A stretch of 53,156 bases of DNA from a virus (lineage: Duplodnaviria > Caudoviricetes), in IMG/VR virus record IMGVR_UViG_3300035701_000044, positions 1 to 53,156 of that record; one strand, 5' to 3'. Position numbers and translations under genes: made by a program. Shown one piece after another: positions 1 through 8,842 of this stretch; position 1 is the stretch's first letter, and each line of letters begins with the position of its first letter. Below the pieces are notes generated by a model. That model did not search any database. It was given only the letters and a program-made list of their open reading frames with translations, and had not been told where the DNA came from.

Positions 1-1
1 C

Positions 2-403
2 ATCCACGCGCGGGGGAGCGTCCTGGTCACGGGCTTAGGACTTGGAATGATGATTGCCCCGCTCTTGAAAATGAAAGAAGTGAAGAGCGTCACGGTCATC
101 GAGAAGTCGCAGGATGTCATCTTCTTGATTGGGCTTCCGCTGCACCACCCGAAGCTGGAGATCATCTGTGAGGACGCGTTCACCTGGCAGCCCGTGTACC
201 TGGGAAAAATTCGTGAACGGTTCGATTGCATCTGGCACGACATCTGGCCGAAAATCTCGCCGAGTAACTTGGCGGGGATGACTCTGCTGAAGAGGCGCTA
301 TCGGCGGTACTTGAAGCCAGGTGGTTGGCAGGGCTGCTGGTGCGAAGCCAAGTGTCGGAATGTCCGCCGGGCCGACAACTACTGGAAACGGAAGTGTGCA
401 TGA
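2..403 (+). CDS. Class I SAM-dependent methyl/aminopropyl-transferase, spermidine-synthase-like (5' truncated by window edge)
   Basis: Frame open from window start; motif I VLVTGLGLG, VTVIEKSQDVI, IICEDAF, FDCIWHDIW. Confidence 0.75.
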   Translation: MHARGSVLVTGLGLGMMIAPLLKMKEVKSVTVIEKSQDVIFLIGLPLHHPKLEIICEDAFTWQPVYLGKIRERFDCIWHDIWPKISPSNLAGMTLLKRRYRRYLKPGGWQGCWCEAKCRNVRRADNYWKRKCA

Positions 404-1047
404 ACGCCGTGCAGAAAACAGTATGGTGCTGCTCCAAGTGTGGTCGAATACACGAAGATCAGTCTGTCGTAGACCAGTGTTGCGTGCCCCAACCCTGTGA
501 ACGCTGCGAAAAAGAACTGAGGCAAAGTCCGTATACGGTCTGCAAGGATTGCCGACACCAACTTGAGCGGGAACGTGAGCGCGAGCGGTTTGAGAAGGCC
601 GAAAAGATCCCCGAGGCTCAGTGGGCTGGACCTGTCTTCTCTGAAGACTGGGACGAGGAAGAGGGGTACGCGGAGTCGATTGCAGAGCTGCTTGGGGGCA
701 TCATCGACGCCAACTCCGGGATGTCTCGGGAAGAGAACGGCGAAAACTTAGACCGCGGCGACAACGAGACTGAATTCGAGTGGGCTTGCCGGTTCATCCC
801 GGAGTACGTGTGGTCCTGCGATGTTGTTCATCCGCACGTAGACGCCCAAAGTGTCATTGAGGGGGTCTGTGAACAGCTGTACGAAGACGCCTATGACGCC
901 ATCGTGGGTCACGACGACTTGCAGAAGGCCCTGGATGACTGGTGTGCGGAGCAGACCGTTGTTGGCTGGGAAATCAACTACAAGAAGGCCATCGTCATCG
1001 ATCGCGCTTATTGGATTGAAGAACTGAGAAAGAGTTCGGTGCCATGA
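400..1047 (+). CDS. Hypothetical protein with N-terminal CxxC clusters
   Basis: ATG 400 overlaps upstream TGA (ATGA); CSKC, CERC, CKDC motifs; acidic C-terminus. Confidence 0.7.
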   Translation: MNAVQKTVWCCSKCGRIHEDQSVVDQCCVPQPCERCEKELRQSPYTVCKDCRHQLERERERERFEKAEKIPEAQWAGPVFSEDWDEEEGYAESIAELLGGIIDANSGMSREENGENLDRGDNETEFEWACRFIPEYVWSCDVVHPHVDAQSVIEGVCEQLYEDAYDAIVGHDDLQKALDDWCAEQTVVGWEINYKKAIVIDRAYWIEELRKSSVP

Positions 1048-1343
1048 GCAAAGAACCAGACCGTTTGACGGAAATCGGTGCGGAGATTGGTGCCCTCCTG
1101 GAGGAGAAGAATCGGGCCTATGGTAGCGCCTTCGAGAAGGCACCCGAAATCCTCAAGGTACTGTTCCCTAACGGCGTACAACCGGCGCAGTACCAGGACC
1201 TGCTGGTCATCACTCGCATCATCGATAAACTGTTCCGGGTCGCTAACGACAAGACGGCCTTCAGCGAAGACCCCTGGAAAGACATCGCCGGGTATGCCAT
1301 TCTCAGCCTGTGGTCCCAACAAAAACGAGGAGGAATCAAGTGA
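1044..1343 (+). CDS. Nucleotide-modification-associated domain 1 (DUF1599/Nmad1-like) protein
   Basis: LLEEKNRAYGSAF...RIIDKLFR...EDPWKDIAGYAIL pattern typical of the family; ATGA coupling. Confidence 0.7.
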   Translation: MSKEPDRLTEIGAEIGALLEEKNRAYGSAFEKAPEILKVLFPNGVQPAQYQDLLVITRIIDKLFRVANDKTAFSEDPWKDIAGYAILSLWSQQKRGGIK

Positions 1344-1762
1344 CCGAACCGACGCATCGTGCCTTTTTGTTGAGCGAGGAGGCACTCGAAGATGTGCTGA
1401 GGAAAGACCGCGGTATCTTTTCTCCAGAGCCGGGTGAACTCTACCGCGAGGTCGGCGGGAATTGGCACATGGTCGAGATGGACTACCCCGCCATCCGGTA
1501 CGAGGGTCGAGAGGATACCCGATTGCACGTTTCGGATGCCACGCTGGACCTCTTGCCAGGCGAGGATCTCGAGTCGTTCATGGTGTCGTTGAAGAACAAG
1601 TTCGTCGCAGTGCTCCTACTGGACGAGACGCGGCATTCGCTCTTCATGAAGGCCGAGTTGGAGTCCAATTCGATGGCTGCGGCCGGTCGGCAACTGCACC
1701 TGGGCAACCTGGTGGTTCACTACAAGCAGTCGTCGCATGGCTTCCGGCGCAGGGTTCCCTGA
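1340..1762 (+). CDS. Hypothetical protein
   Basis: GAGGAGG SD, GTG start overlapping upstream stop. Confidence 0.65.
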   Translation: MTEPTHRAFLLSEEALEDVLRKDRGIFSPEPGELYREVGGNWHMVEMDYPAIRYEGREDTRLHVSDATLDLLPGEDLESFMVSLKNKFVAVLLLDETRHSLFMKAELESNSMAAAGRQLHLGNLVVHYKQSSHGFRRRVP

Positions 1763-1786
1763 GTGGAACGGTTTACTGCGTAAAGC

Positions 1787-1816
1787 TGGCGAAAACAGCG
1801 ACGATAACCTATCATT
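1787..1816 (+). promoter_or_regulatory. Putative promoter (weak -35, CC-TATCAT-T -10)
   Basis: TGGCGA-N17-TATCAT with the same CC..TT flanks as other promoters here; intergenic. Confidence 0.45.
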
Positions 1817-1841
1817 GGCTCACGTATCGGAGGAAAAAACC

Positions 1842-2417
1842 ATGACCGCGAAATTGACCCGTGCCCAGCGGGATACCATAGCCGACCTCGACCACAAGAT
1901 TTCGGCCCTGAACCACGAGTTTTCGAAGGGAAATGGAGCCATCGAAAACGCGCAAGCTGCCCAACTCAGCCAGGTGAGGCGCCGTTTCACCGATCAGGTC
2001 AAGCCAATCAACGAACGAAAGCAGAAGGAGTTGAACAAGCTTCGGTCTCTGCGGGAAAACGAGTTGAAGGCCGTCGACCAACGGTTTGATAACTTGGTAG
2101 TCGACTTGCACAAGGAGTTTTCGGGCGAGTTTCAGAAGCTCGAAGCCGACTACACCAAGGCGGAGACCGAGGTTTCCAGCAAGTTCAGCGCGCAGCTGAC
2201 GAGCAGAGAGAGCATCTTCCAGGCCAAGCTGCACGAGTTGCAGGCGCCGCGTGACGACATCATGCAGAAGGCAGAGAAGGCCGAGAAGCGCGAAGAGGAA
2301 GAGCGAGCCAAGCGGGAAGCCGAAGCCAAGGCCAAGAAAGAGGCTGCTGCCGTAGCGTCCGCGGCCCCCGTCGCTACTCCAGAGACCCCCAAACCGACCG
2401 TTTCGACTCCCGCTTGA
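1842..2417 (+). CDS. Coiled-coil protein
   Basis: GGAGG SD before ATG 1842; heptad-like charged sequence, Ala/Pro tail. Confidence 0.75.
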   Translation: MTAKLTRAQRDTIADLDHKISALNHEFSKGNGAIENAQAAQLSQVRRRFTDQVKPINERKQKELNKLRSLRENELKAVDQRFDNLVVDLHKEFSGEFQKLEADYTKAETEVSSKFSAQLTSRESIFQAKLHELQAPRDDIMQKAEKAEKREEEERAKREAEAKAKKEAAAVASAAPVATPETPKPTVSTPA

Positions 2418-2440
2418 GTCCATAAACCAAGGAGGATGAC

Positions 2441-2908
2441 GTGGATCCGCAGCGCAAGTCTCTGCCCATCAAGGAGTGGAAGGTTCTCGATACGTTCTTC
2501 ATCGCCAAGAAGCCCATTCGAGAGGGGCTCGACCTCGAGTTGGTCATTGAAAAAGAATGTCCAGTTTTCGAGGGGCGACAGGAGAACTTCGACGGAGATC
2601 CTAAAGTCTCCGTCCGAATGACGCGTGGAAACCTGAAACTTCGGCTGTCGTGGGCTGAGGCCAGCATTTTTGCCGACCTCATCCGGGAAGCTCAGGCTGC
2701 CTGTACAGACAAGGTGCAGGCTGTCGAAGAGGAGTGCGCCAAGAGGCGTGCTGAGCGTGCCCAGAAGCGCGCCGACCGCGAGATGGAAGCCAGCAGCGAC
2801 GATGAGGGTCCCCGTGGGAACGACCGCAAGGGTTTCCGTCGGACTGGCAAGACCGAGCGGGATCGAGCCAAGCGCAAGGGCAAGACCGAAAACGCTGGGA
2901 ACGCCTAG
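2441..2908 (+). CDS. Hypothetical protein, basic C-terminus
   Basis: AAGGAGG SD, GTG start. Confidence 0.7.
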   Translation: MDPQRKSLPIKEWKVLDTFFIAKKPIREGLDLELVIEKECPVFEGRQENFDGDPKVSVRMTRGNLKLRLSWAEASIFADLIREAQAACTDKVQAVEEECAKRRAERAQKRADREMEASSDDEGPRGNDRKGFRRTGKTERDRAKRKGKTENAGNA

Positions 2909-3018
2909 CCCTCCAGGATTCAAAAACTACCCCCCATTTCGGGTATAAGAAGATGACAACCATAGAGCAATCTAGGGATGTCATCTTTCTCCCCTAATCC
3001 CTAAGAAAGGAGACTGGG

Positions 3019-3201
3019 ATGAAAGCGTTCATGCTGCAGTTGGTGCTGGCGTTCCTGGCGCTGGTGCCCGCTCTCCTGGTCTTCAAGTCCATGGGGAGCG
3101 GATTCAGCGGATTCGCCGTTGGCACGGTCGTGGCCAGCGGCATCTACTACCTTTTCGAAATGCTCTGGAGGGAGCTTTCGGAGTCCGAAGAAGTGAACTA
3201 G
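3019..3201 (+). CDS. Small two-TM membrane protein
   Basis: AAGGAG SD; two hydrophobic segments. Confidence 0.65.
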   Translation: MKAFMLQLVLAFLALVPALLVFKSMGSGFSGFAVGTVVASGIYYLFEMLWRELSESEEVN

Positions 3202-3207
3202 CCCTCC

Positions 3208-3255
3208 ACGGTGGGGGTGAAGGATCCGGCTATACGGGTCTTTCACCCCTGCCGT
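3208..3255 (+). other. Long intergenic RNA hairpin (about 21-bp stem)
   Basis: ACGGTGGGGGTGAAGGATCCG-GCTATA-CGGGTCTTTCACCCCTGCCGT; G-U pairs favour + strand. Confidence 0.6.
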
Positions 3256-3361
3256 TGAGCCCTGCATCAAGTCGCCGCCTTCACGTGGCGCGGGGTGAGC
3301 ATCCGGGATTCTCCGGGTGGCCAAGGCGACTAAGCGCGCTCGAAAGAGCAAGGAGGGACTT

Positions 3362-3589
3362 ATGGAACCCGTAACTCTCATCGTCATTGGTGGTGCTGTG
3401 GCGGAAGGTTCGCGCTGGCTGTACTTTCACACCCTGGAGCGGTTCGTGGATCCGGAGAAAGCGGCCATCCGGCTCCGCTGCCGGGCCTCGATGCTCGAAG
3501 CCTTCGTGGCTTTGAGCAAGAGCCGCAAGGAGGCCAAGGCCACCGTGAAGGCGGCCAAGGCCGCCAAGCCGGCCCTGGCCGGCGCCTAG
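3362..3589 (+). CDS. Small hypothetical protein
   Basis: AAGGAGG SD before ATG 3362. Confidence 0.65.
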   Translation: MEPVTLIVIGGAVAEGSRWLYFHTLERFVDPEKAAIRLRCRASMLEAFVALSKSRKEAKATVKAAKAAKPALAGA

Positions 3590-3594
3590 CGCTG

Positions 3595-3653
3595 AAAAAA
3601 AGAAACGCGTGTGAGCGCCCCCTTCGGGTGGGTGGAACACGCTTTTCTTTTAG
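3595..3653 (+). terminator. Intrinsic terminator-like hairpin
   Basis: AAAGAAACGCGTGT...ACACGCTTTTCTTTT with internal CTTCGG loop. Confidence 0.6.
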
Positions 3654-3677
3654 TTACCTGATTGGAAGGAGGTGTCT

Positions 3678-4652
3678 GTGTTCCAAACGAAAACCCACCA
3701 GGAGGCTTCGACGCTTGGCACCCTGCAAAAGCTCGGCCTCATCCGACCTGGGTGGGCGCCGACGTTTGAGGAATTCACGAAGAAGCTGGAACCGATGTTC
3801 CAGCAGCTTTTCCAGTTTGTCCCTTCGGCTGCCGATGTCAGTTCGATGGCCCAACTGATGTACGCCGTCTGCGTTGTCCACAGCGCTGGTGGCGCGACGT
3901 TCCAGCTGAAGCCGGGGCTCATCAAGCTTCTCCAGGAGACGGACCTGCCCCAGGACATGAGCATGGAGTTCCTGCGTCTGCCGTTCGAGGGCATCAACTT
4001 GGATATCCCAGCTGGGACGCTGCGCCCGCCGATGGATTCGGTGACTCGGCTGTTTTTGGTTCATGTTCCGGGCGACCGTTTTCGTATCATCTGTACCCCC
4101 GATGAGATTCACACGCATTTCGTTTCGATTCGGTCGACCAGCGAAGGGACGATAGAAGACGCCGTGGCCGATACCAAGGCCAGAGCTTTCGAGGGTATCC
4201 CGAAAGCGGCCGAAGACGAGATGCGGAATTCGTATATCTATGACGATTATTTCACCAGCGATTTCTTTGTCTTCCCGATCAACGCAGCGCTCTACATCAC
4301 CAGCGCTGGTGCCGATGTCGTTGAAAGCCGGGTTGCTGTTCACGAGCTGCACCAGCAGCTCCAGGGAGTCAAGAAGGGACTGAAGCGCGAGAAGCTCCAG
4401 GCCAAGCTCGCCGGGGCGAAGCAGCACAAGATCTATATCTGTGGCGAGAAGCTTGCCGTTCAGAAAGAGCTTACTGCGAACTTGACCGAGGAGGGTCGGA
4501 AGCTCACGAAACGTTTTCGTGTTCGAGGCTTCTGGCGGAATCAGGCCTGCGGTCCAAAGTGGACTGAGCACAAGCACCTGTTCGTGGCCCCCCATTGGAA
4601 GGGACCAACTTTCGCAGAACTTTTGGAGCGCAACTATATCGTCAAAGATTGA
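3678..4652 (+). CDS. Conserved phage hypothetical protein
   Basis: AGGAGG SD; C-terminal VRGFWRNQACGP...FVAPHWKGP motif common in phage hypotheticals. Confidence 0.75.
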   Translation: MFQTKTHQEASTLGTLQKLGLIRPGWAPTFEEFTKKLEPMFQQLFQFVPSAADVSSMAQLMYAVCVVHSAGGATFQLKPGLIKLLQETDLPQDMSMEFLRLPFEGINLDIPAGTLRPPMDSVTRLFLVHVPGDRFRIICTPDEIHTHFVSIRSTSEGTIEDAVADTKARAFEGIPKAAEDEMRNSYIYDDYFTSDFFVFPINAALYITSAGADVVESRVAVHELHQQLQGVKKGLKREKLQAKLAGAKQHKIYICGEKLAVQKELTANLTEEGRKLTKRFRVRGFWRNQACGPKWTEHKHLFVAPHWKGPTFAELLERNYIVKD

Positions 4653-4660
4653 ACCCGGAT

Positions 4661-4748
4661 GCTGCGTGCGCTGGGGCCGGGCTCGGTGGGCGCGCACTCA
4701 CTCTCTGCTGTAGTCCCTCCTCAGCGGAGAGCGTACGCAGCTTGTTTT
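4661..4748. terminator. Structured intergenic region between convergent genes
   Basis: GCTGCGTGCGCT...AGCGTACGCAGC outer stem with inner CTCTCTGCTG/CAGCGGAGAG stem, then TTGTTTT. Confidence 0.5.
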
Positions 4749-5028
4749 AGTGGCGCATCAGGCGTTGTTGCGCAGGAGAAATGGGGGGCATTCCCAGCGC
4801 AGGCGTTGAGCCGTGCCCCTCGTCTCCGAGAACGCGGCCAGTTTCAGCGATACCCTTGTGTTGTAGGCCGTGCTTTCCGAGGTGCATGGCATCGTGCCCA
4901 AAGAACTTACTTCTTCGGATGAGGGGCATGAGAACGTCGTCGAGCGCCCCGAATGGAATCTCGATGGCCTGCTTCACAAGGCCTGCTTCTCGGAGGGCGA
5001 GGGTCATGCCGATCTTGTAGAAGTCCAT
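4747..5028 (-). CDS. Small leader-bearing (putative capsid-packaged) protein
   Basis: Starts MDFYKIGMTLALREAGLVKQA (shared leader); ATG 7 nt after a -10 box. Confidence 0.7.
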   Translation of the reverse strand: MDFYKIGMTLALREAGLVKQAIEIPFGALDDVLMPLIRRSKFFGHDAMHLGKHGLQHKGIAETGRVLGDEGHGSTPALGMPPISPAQQRLMRH

Positions 5029-5035
5029 GTCGGTA

Positions 5036-5064
5036 ATCATAGGCCACTTGTGGCCTTTCTTCAA
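5036..5064 (-). promoter_or_regulatory. Sigma70-like promoter, leaderless
   Basis: TTGAAG-N17-TATGAT, CC before -10; ATG at 5028. Confidence 0.7.
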
Positions 5065-5076
5065 ATACCGTATTCT
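5048..5076 (+). promoter_or_regulatory. Sigma70-like promoter overlapping the divergent one
   Basis: TTGTGG-N17-TATTCT upstream of SD and ATG 5098. Confidence 0.55.
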
Positions 5077-5097
5077 TTGCCAGGACCAGGAGGCATC

Positions 5098-5307
5098 ATG
5101 GCGTACGACCCTGAACGGTTTGAACCTGTGAGAGTGGGCCACGAAGGCGTAGCTCACGAGACAGACAAGGCAAAGCTCTTCAAGATTGGTGAAGAGAAAA
5201 TCTGGGTTCCGAAATCTCAGATATCTTCAGAAGAGGGCGATGAAGACGGAGGCGCCTTCTGGGTGCCCAAGTGGCTCGCTGAAGATAAGGATTTAGAATA
5301 TGAGTAG
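5098..5307 (+). CDS. Small acidic hypothetical protein
   Basis: AGGAGG SD; ETDKA...WVPKSQ...VPKWLAEDK motif common in small phage proteins. Confidence 0.75.
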   Translation: MAYDPERFEPVRVGHEGVAHETDKAKLFKIGEEKIWVPKSQISSEEGDEDGGAFWVPKWLAEDKDLEYE

Positions 5308-5779
5308 CGATTGCCGTTGCTGTTGGCCCGGTTGCCACTTCCCTTCGGAGGGGACCGTCGAGGGCAAGCCGCTCTGTGACAAGCATGATGCGCTCGTGCT
5401 GTCCGAAGATCCGAAGGTTGTGGACCGCTCTCGGGCGAAGATAGGGCTCAAGCCCCATGCTGTCATTCGTGGGCGTGAGGCCACGTGGGATGAATTCAAA
5501 GTCATGTGCGCGGTGAAGAGTTGCGGCGGCGGAACGACCTACTGGGTCGAGAAAAAGATTCCCGTGTGTCTTTGGCACACGATGGGGGTGGCCGATCTCG
5601 AGAAGCTGGACTTGCGGGCGGAAGTCGCGTACATCAAGGGTAGTAAAGCAGTTCCTGCTGACGTTGAAATTCCGGACGCTCCCTCGGCTGAGCTCCCGGA
5701 GGAGCCCAGCCCACAGAGCGGCCAAGCTGCGGCAAGCGACGACTGGGAGTCGCGGCTTGCCAGCGGAGAGTTCGATTGA
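5300..5779 (+). CDS. Cys/His-containing hypothetical protein
   Basis: Overlapping coupling on both sides; CxxxxC...CxxH motifs. Confidence 0.65.
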   Translation: MSSDCRCCWPGCHFPSEGTVEGKPLCDKHDALVLSEDPKVVDRSRAKIGLKPHAVIRGREATWDEFKVMCAVKSCGGGTTYWVEKKIPVCLWHTMGVADLEKLDLRAEVAYIKGSKAVPADVEIPDAPSAELPEEPSPQSGQAAASDDWESRLASGEFD

Positions 5780-6726
5780 TGGAGAACACAGAGATGAAGG
5801 TCTATCAATTTACCCACAAGGACTTGGATGGAATAGGCTGCGCAGTCGTCGCAGGCATTGCTTTTCGCAATTGCCTAGAAACGACGTACGTCAACTACGA
5901 TGACATCGACACCAAGATCCGTGGGTGGATGGCCCGGAGGTTGAGTCTTCCGAAGAACTCAAAGACGTTGCTGCTCATCACCGACATCTCCCCAGGGTAC
6001 GATGTGTGCGTTGCTCTGGACGATTTGCACCGTGGCGGCGAAGTTGTCATCTTGTGTGTTGACCACCACAAGACGGCAAAGGAGAAACTGCAGCGATTCG
6101 AGTGGGCACGGTTCGATGAGAAGGCGTGCGGAACTCGTATTTTATTTCAGGCTCTGCAGGCTATGTCGCACGCACGTGAGTCCCTCATGGCACACACGGA
6201 GCTTGAGGACTTCGTTGGCGCCGTTGGGGCCTATGACCTGTGGCTCCTCGAGGACCCACTGCGTGACCGGGGGGAGACGTTGAATCGTCTGTTGTGGTTC
6301 GTTGGGCTCGAGCGCTTTGCGCACGAGTTCTCCGAGAGCGCCGACTCCGACCAGTCGAGTTGGTTTCGCAGCGTGGCGCCAGTTTTGCGCGAGAAGGAAA
6401 TCGCCGACGTTGAGAACGTGGTCAGCTCTCAATCGCCGTGCATTGTCCGAACCGATCGGGACGGGAAGAAATACGGCGTAGTCGTTGCTCACCACAATAC
6501 GTCGCAGGTTGGGAATGCCGCTCTGAGCCGAAATCCAGAAATCGACTACGTTGCCATCGTCAATCCGATGTACCAGAAGTTTGAACTGCGGTCTCGGGTT
6601 GGCTCCGGTGTCGACGTGGGAGAAATCGCGAAGAGACTGGGCGGCGGTGGGCATTCCAACGCGTCTGGGTTTCCGTGTGCTCTGCATGAGTTTCTCGGAG
6701 AACTCGCCAACGAGAAGTTCCGATGA
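5779..6726 (+). CDS. DHH/DHHA1 family phosphoesterase (nanoRNase NrnB-like)
   Basis: THKDLDG, ITDI, VDHH, LRSR and GGGGHSNASGF motifs. Confidence 0.9.
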   Translation: MENTEMKVYQFTHKDLDGIGCAVVAGIAFRNCLETTYVNYDDIDTKIRGWMARRLSLPKNSKTLLLITDISPGYDVCVALDDLHRGGEVVILCVDHHKTAKEKLQRFEWARFDEKACGTRILFQALQAMSHARESLMAHTELEDFVGAVGAYDLWLLEDPLRDRGETLNRLLWFVGLERFAHEFSESADSDQSSWFRSVAPVLREKEIADVENVVSSQSPCIVRTDRDGKKYGVVVAHHNTSQVGNAALSRNPEIDYVAIVNPMYQKFELRSRVGSGVDVGEIAKRLGGGGHSNASGFPCALHEFLGELANEKFR

Positions 6727-7067
6727 GAGAAATCTACAAGTCGTGCATCCGGTGTCCGGCTGCGTTGCTTTGCCGGGTTTCTGCGATGCACGTGTCATGC
6801 ACGTGCCCAAAGTGTCAGCGGCACTGGCAGTATTTTAGGTTGCAGGACGACAGCGTGGGTTACTGCATCCGGATGCCAAACAACGAGTGCGAAGACCCCC
6901 TGCTGTATTGGGAACGTGCCAACACGTGCCCACGCTGCGCGGGATTTTCTACGCAGCTACTTCAGCCGTCTGACCTGGCCTGGTTGGGGATAGGGGACAG
7001 CGTTCGCGTTGCCTACTTCATGGACACGGAAGAATCCACGGAATCCTTGCCTAGCTCATCAAGCTGA
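6723..7067 (+). CDS. Cys-rich hypothetical protein
   Basis: ATGA coupling; CxxC pairs. Confidence 0.55.
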   Translation: MREIYKSCIRCPAALLCRVSAMHVSCTCPKCQRHWQYFRLQDDSVGYCIRMPNNECEDPLLYWERANTCPRCAGFSTQLLQPSDLAWLGIGDSVRVAYFMDTEESTESLPSSSS

Positions 7068-7098
7068 CCTACCTTTTCATTGGTTCATTGAGGTGAAG

Positions 7099-7275
7099 AT
7101 GACTGAGAAGAAGGACGATATTTCGGGTGGGCCTACGCCCTCTATTCGGGAGTCCGACGGCGATGTGCAGTTGGCTAAGCCGCTGACGCCGGATGAAATT
7201 TGTCAGCGGCGTCAGTTGGCCCTTTTGCAGGCCAGGATGCTTCTGGAACTGCTCGCAGACAAGTGCAAGACGTAA
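7099..7275 (+). CDS. Small hypothetical protein
   Basis: GAGGTG SD before ATG 7099; followed by terminator. Confidence 0.55.
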   Translation: MTEKKDDISGGPTPSIRESDGDVQLAKPLTPDEICQRRQLALLQARMLLELLADKCKT

Positions 7276-7280
7276 CAACT

Positions 7281-7316
7281 TGGCCCGGGTCCTCGAGACC
7301 TGGGCCAGTTTTTTTT
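7281..7316 (+). terminator. Rho-independent terminator
   Basis: TGGCCCGGGTC-CTCGA-GACCTGGGCCA then T8. Confidence 0.85.
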
Positions 7317-7332
7317 AGCCAGCACCAATCCT

Positions 7333-7362
7333 TTGCGCTCTGTAAAGATATGACCTACTATT
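7333..7362 (+). promoter_or_regulatory. Sigma70-like promoter, leaderless
   Basis: TTGCGC-N17-TACTAT (CCTACTATT); ATG 7369 lies 7 nt downstream with no SD. Confidence 0.8.
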
Positions 7363-7368
7363 TGGGGT

Positions 7369-7896
7369 ATGAACTCGGAACACTTGAAGATTGCGTTCAT
7401 GCGTGGCGTTCAGGCCGCTGACCGCGAAGCCGGCGTTACTCTCCAAGATCACATGGGGATGCTCAAGACGGCCATCGGGTGGGGGGCGCTTGCGCTCCCC
7501 GCTTTAGGAGCTGGCGTCGGGGCGATGTCTTCTCCTGGTGAAGAAGTTCGGGGAGCCATGGGCGGTGGTATGGCGGGCTTGGGTGCGTATGCGCTGCTGC
7601 GCACGGCGGGAGGTTTGGGCAAGGGGATTGGGCGGCGTCTGATCGGCCGAGGGGCGGCTGCCGCGGCAAAGGCGGCTCCTGCGGTGGCTGAGAAGGTAGC
7701 CCCAGCTGCTTCAAAGGCGCTGAGCCCAGCTTGGAAGTCCGGTCTCCTTGGTGCAGGAATCGGCACTGGGTTGGGTGTGGGAGGGTATAGTCTGCTTAGC
7801 CCAAGTGGTGTTTCCCCTGAGGAACAGCAGCTGCTCGACCAGTACCGAATGCAGCAGATGCAGAGCGCGCCGGCGGGGTTGGAGGAGCAGCAATGA
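7369..7896 (+). CDS. Leader-bearing glycine-zipper protein (putative virion internal)
   Basis: LKIAFMRGVQAADREAG...LKTA then three Gly/Ala-rich hydrophobic segments. Confidence 0.75.
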   Translation: MNSEHLKIAFMRGVQAADREAGVTLQDHMGMLKTAIGWGALALPALGAGVGAMSSPGEEVRGAMGGGMAGLGAYALLRTAGGLGKGIGRRLIGRGAAAAAKAAPAVAEKVAPAASKALSPAWKSGLLGAGIGTGLGVGGYSLLSPSGVSPEEQQLLDQYRMQQMQSAPAGLEEQQ

Positions 7897-8525
7897 GTCT
7901 GTACCACCTCGGGGTGCAACAGGCCCTTGTGGATGCGGGGCTGACCAAGCAGGCGGCGGGCTGGGGTTGGCCCCTCGCTGCCGGCGGGGCTGCGCTGTTG
8001 GGTGGTGGTCTGGGTGCGCTGGCGGGCGAAGACAAGAAGCGGGGCGCGATGATTGGAGCGCTCGGGGGCCTCGGTGCGGTCGGTGGGGCGCGGTATGGAA
8101 CCGGGAAGCTCACGAAGCTTCTTTCGAACCTTTCGAAGTACAAGGGGGCGGTTTCCCCTGAGGCGCACATGGAACGCATTCTGAAGAACCCGAATGGTAT
8201 GAAGAACCCGAACGTCGCGAATTGGGTGCTCAAGCACCTCGGTGCTGGTGCGGCCCTCGGTCTTGGTGGCTTGGGCGCTGGCCTTGGTGTGGGTTCTCGC
8301 CTCGTCCCCCACTCTGAAAGCTCTTCAGGTGGAGGAGAGGGCGGGTTGTTGGGGCTGAGCCCGGAACGCGCATCACAGCTTCAAGGTCTCCTTCCCATCG
8401 TTCAGCAAATGTACCAGGCCAGTCAGGGTGGGGCGCCGCTTCCGTCACTGGCGTCTTACTCCATGTTCCCCGAGCAGTCGTACGCCGGAGCTCCGGGTGC
8501 GATGGGGCCTGGGATGCCAATGTGA
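7893..8525 (+). CDS. Leader-bearing glycine-zipper protein (putative virion internal)
   Basis: MSLYHLGVQQALVDAGLTKQA then GxxxG-rich segments. Confidence 0.8.
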   Translation: MSLYHLGVQQALVDAGLTKQAAGWGWPLAAGGAALLGGGLGALAGEDKKRGAMIGALGGLGAVGGARYGTGKLTKLLSNLSKYKGAVSPEAHMERILKNPNGMKNPNVANWVLKHLGAGAALGLGGLGAGLGVGSRLVPHSESSSGGGEGGLLGLSPERASQLQGLLPIVQQMYQASQGGAPLPSLASYSMFPEQSYAGAPGAMGPGMPM

Positions 8526-8842
8526 TGAGCGGTTCCTTCTACAAGCTTGGCGTCGAACTCGCTCTCTGTGCCAGTGGCTTCCAGAAGTTCTCAAGCGTAC
8601 TTGGCAGCCTGGCGCGGTCAGCGGCAAAGAGTATCGGTATGAGCGAGACTCGTGACCTTTTGGGTGTCGAAACTCCCGAGTGGAAGCGTGTGTCTCCGCT
8701 GGATGCTGCGGTTGAGGCGGCGAAGGACGTGGTGGAAAAGATCACGGGGACAGAAGAGCCGACGGTAGTGCCGACCGAGGTCCCGCCCGAGGTTCCACCT
8801 GCAGCAGCGGCGGAGGCACTCCCTGAACCGAAACTTGAATAG
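8525..8842 (+). CDS. Leader-bearing small protein
   Basis: FYKLGVELALCASGFQKFS leader variant; Pro/Glu-rich tail. Confidence 0.7.
   Translation: MSGSFYKLGVELALCASGFQKFSSVLGSLARSAAKSIGMSETRDLLGVETPEWKRVSPLDAAVEAAKDVVEKITGTEEPTVVPTEVPPEVPPAAAAEALPEPKLE

Noticed and set aside
2919-2955. TTCAAAAA...GGGTATAAGAAG as a distinct phage-RNAP early promoter
   Set aside because: Only one clear intergenic instance, and the partial look-alike near 8930-8950 has different spacing, so no motif can be defined from this window.
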